NCBI GenBank assembly: GCA_963754875.1
Contig: CAVWHO010000014.1
Span: 32,001-96,000 of the forward strand
Source: Nitrospirota bacterium
Lineage (GTDB): Bacteria; Nitrospirota; UBA9217
Reading direction: 5' to 3'
Length of the DNA: 64,000 bases
The notes beneath the pieces are model-generated. The model did not search any database. It was not told where the DNA came from and saw only the letters and a program-made list of their open reading frames with translations. The position numbers were made by a program, and so were the translations under genes. Positions 62,383 to 64,000 of this stretch are shown here, one piece after another. Each line of letters begins with the position of its first letter. Within the stretch, counting starts at the first letter, position 1.

Positions 62383-62862
62383 ATGAAGCTCTCTACAAAA
62401 GGGAAATACGGTGTGCGGGCGGTTTTTGAAATCGCCCGGCACTATGGCAATGGGCCGATTACCATCAAGGAGATCGCGGACCGTCAGGGGATTTCTTTTT
62501 CCTACTTGGAGCAGATATTGCACAGACTGGGGAAAGCCGGTGTTATCGACAGCGTCCGGGGGCCCGCAGGCGGATACCTGCTGGCGCGCAAGCCGGCTGA
62601 GCTGACCATCGGAGACATCGTCCGCACTCTGGAAGGGCCCATCGCCCTGTCCCATTGCCTGGAGCCTGGTGAGACCGGTGAATGCAACCAGACTGAGGAT
62701 TGCGTTGCACGGATGGTTTGGGCAAAAGTCGGGGCTAAAATAGAAGAGGCCCTTGACAGCATCAGCTTTAGCGATCTCCTGCATCAGCAGCATGACCAGA
62801 AAGCTCCTGTTCTGCTGAGACCCAGGAAAAAGGCAACCTTGACGGGAAAGGGGGCATGTTAA
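62383..62862 (+). CDS. iscR: Rrf2-family regulator, IscR-like with 3 Cys
   Basis: MKLSTKGKYG, SYLEQI, SVRGPAGGY, C..C..C cluster, directly upstream of iscS. Confidence 0.88.
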   Translation: MKLSTKGKYGVRAVFEIARHYGNGPITIKEIADRQGISFSYLEQILHRLGKAGVIDSVRGPAGGYLLARKPAELTIGDIVRTLEGPIALSHCLEPGETGECNQTEDCVARMVWAKVGAKIEEALDSISFSDLLHQQHDQKAPVLLRPRKKATLTGKGAC

Positions 62863-64000
62863 ATGAGAACTGTTTACCTTGATCACGCGGCAACTACACC
62901 GGTGCATCCGAAAGTGCTGGAAGCCATGCTGCCGTACTTTTCCAATAAGTTTGGGAACCCTTCTAACCTGCACGATATCGGCAGGGAAGCAAAGAACGCT
63001 GTCGAAGAAGCCCGGGAAAAAACCGCAGCGCTCATCGGCGCCAAGGCCGGGGAAATCTATTTTACTTCGAGCGGCGCCGAGTCGAACAACTTCGCACTCA
63101 AGGGGCTCGCCCAGGCGAACAGCCAGAAGGGCAAACACATCATCCTCTCGCAGATCGAGCATTTTTCCCTTCTCCATCCGGCGAAGACGCTCGAAAAGTC
63201 TGGCTTTACGGTCACCTATCTTCCCACGGACAACAAGGGGCTGGTGAACCCTGACGACGTTGCCAAGGCGATCACCAAGGACACGATTCTCGTGTCGATC
63301 ATGCACGCGAACAACGAGATCGGCACGATTGAGCCGATCGAAGCGATAGCAAAGATCACCAAGGAAAAAGGGGTACTGTTCCACACCGATGCGGTCGCAA
63401 CGACCGGTTGGGTCCCGGTCAACGTCGAAGCGCTGGGCGTTGACGCGCTCTCGCTCTCGGGACACCAGTTCTACGGACCCAAGGGCGCTGCAGCACTCTA
63501 TGTGCGCAAGGGCGTCAGGATCAAGCCGCTGATCGAGGGCGGCATCCAGGAAGACGACAGGCGCGCGGGAACGGAAAATGTCCCGGCTTTGGTTGGTCTG
63601 GGCAAGGCTGCCGAGCTTGCGGCTGCGGAGGTCCAAAACCGCATGATGTATACTTCACAGCTCCGGGACAAGTTGCAGAAAGGGCTCCTGGAGCGAATCG
63701 ACGATATGGTCATCAATGGGCACCCGGAACGCAGGTTGCCGCACAATCTCAACGTTTCCTTCTGGTATGTGGAAGGGGAATCGATGCTCCTTTTCCTGAA
63801 TATGGAGGGAATTTCCGTATCAAGCGGGTCGGCCTGCACCTCGCGGTCGCTGAAATCGTCCCACGTCCTCACGTGCATCGGGACCGATGCCGCAGTTGCA
63901 AATGGAACGCTGCTCATGACGCTCGGGACGGGCACGAGCGCCGAGGACATCGACTACGTGCTCGAGAAGCTGCCGCCCATCGTCCAGCGCCTGCGGGAGA
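62863..64000 (+). CDS. iscS: cysteine desulfurase IscS/NifS, runs off the window end
   Basis: Manual translation MRTVYLDHAATTP, FGNPS, MHANNEIG, RAGTEN, SSGSACTS. Confidence 0.93.
   Translation, partial: MRTVYLDHAATTPVHPKVLEAMLPYFSNKFGNPSNLHDIGREAKNAVEEAREKTAALIGAKAGEIYFTSSGAESNNFALKGLAQANSQKGKHIILSQIEHFSLLHPAKTLEKSGFTVTYLPTDNKGLVNPDDVAKAITKDTILVSIMHANNEIGTIEPIEAIAKITKEKGVLFHTDAVATTGWVPVNVEALGVDALSLSGHQFYGPKGAAALYVRKGVRIKPLIEGGIQEDDRRAGTENVPALVGLGKAAELAAAEVQNRMMYTSQLRDKLQKGLLERIDDMVINGHPERRLPHNLNVSFWYVEGESMLLFLNMEGISVSSGSACTSRSLKSSHVLTCIGTDAAVANGTLLMTLGTGTSAEDIDYVLEKLPPIVQRLRE

Overview
The window looks like two unrelated genomes joined at about 8.9 kb. Bases 1-~8.9 kb are very GC-rich and Acidobacteriota-like (inference). 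They hold an ABC exporter, thiG, an ftsB-like gene, cutA and a gcvT-H-PA-PB glycine cleavage operon. From ~8.93 kb the GC content is lower and the gene content is Nitrospirota/Deltaproteobacteria-like (inference). This part carries a HK/RR/REC-PAS-GAF module cut off mid-PAS at the junction, and a putative sigma54-driven rhodanese-TolC-MFP-RND-crotonase-CBS-DUF2892-FmdB operon. It continues with recN, OFOR delta/alpha, cysK, a GAACH-type desulfurase, an NtrX-like regulator, an ABC-2 transporter, a GH57 glucanotransferase, uppS-cdsA-dxr-rseP-ispG-proS, a GspE/PilB ATPase, a CNNM protein, mdh, a two-subunit fumarase, apt, a lipoprotein islet and iscR-iscS. Many genes, including essential uppS and ispG, carry frameshifts, which points to long-read indel errors. 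The best leads are: (1) a single-ORF tetraheme fusion of a bacterial cytochrome c peroxidase to a TsdA thiosulfate dehydrogenase; (2) two UGA-readthrough selenoprotein candidates the ORF track misses or truncates, a Nfu-like CxxU protein and an FmdB zinc ribbon ending GGG-U-GS, each with a correctly placed SECIS-like hairpin; (3) a structured leader RNA on the sulfur/RND operon; (4) a shared 20-bp operator in front of two consensus sigma70 promoters. No tRNA, rRNA, CRISPR array or transposase was recognised.
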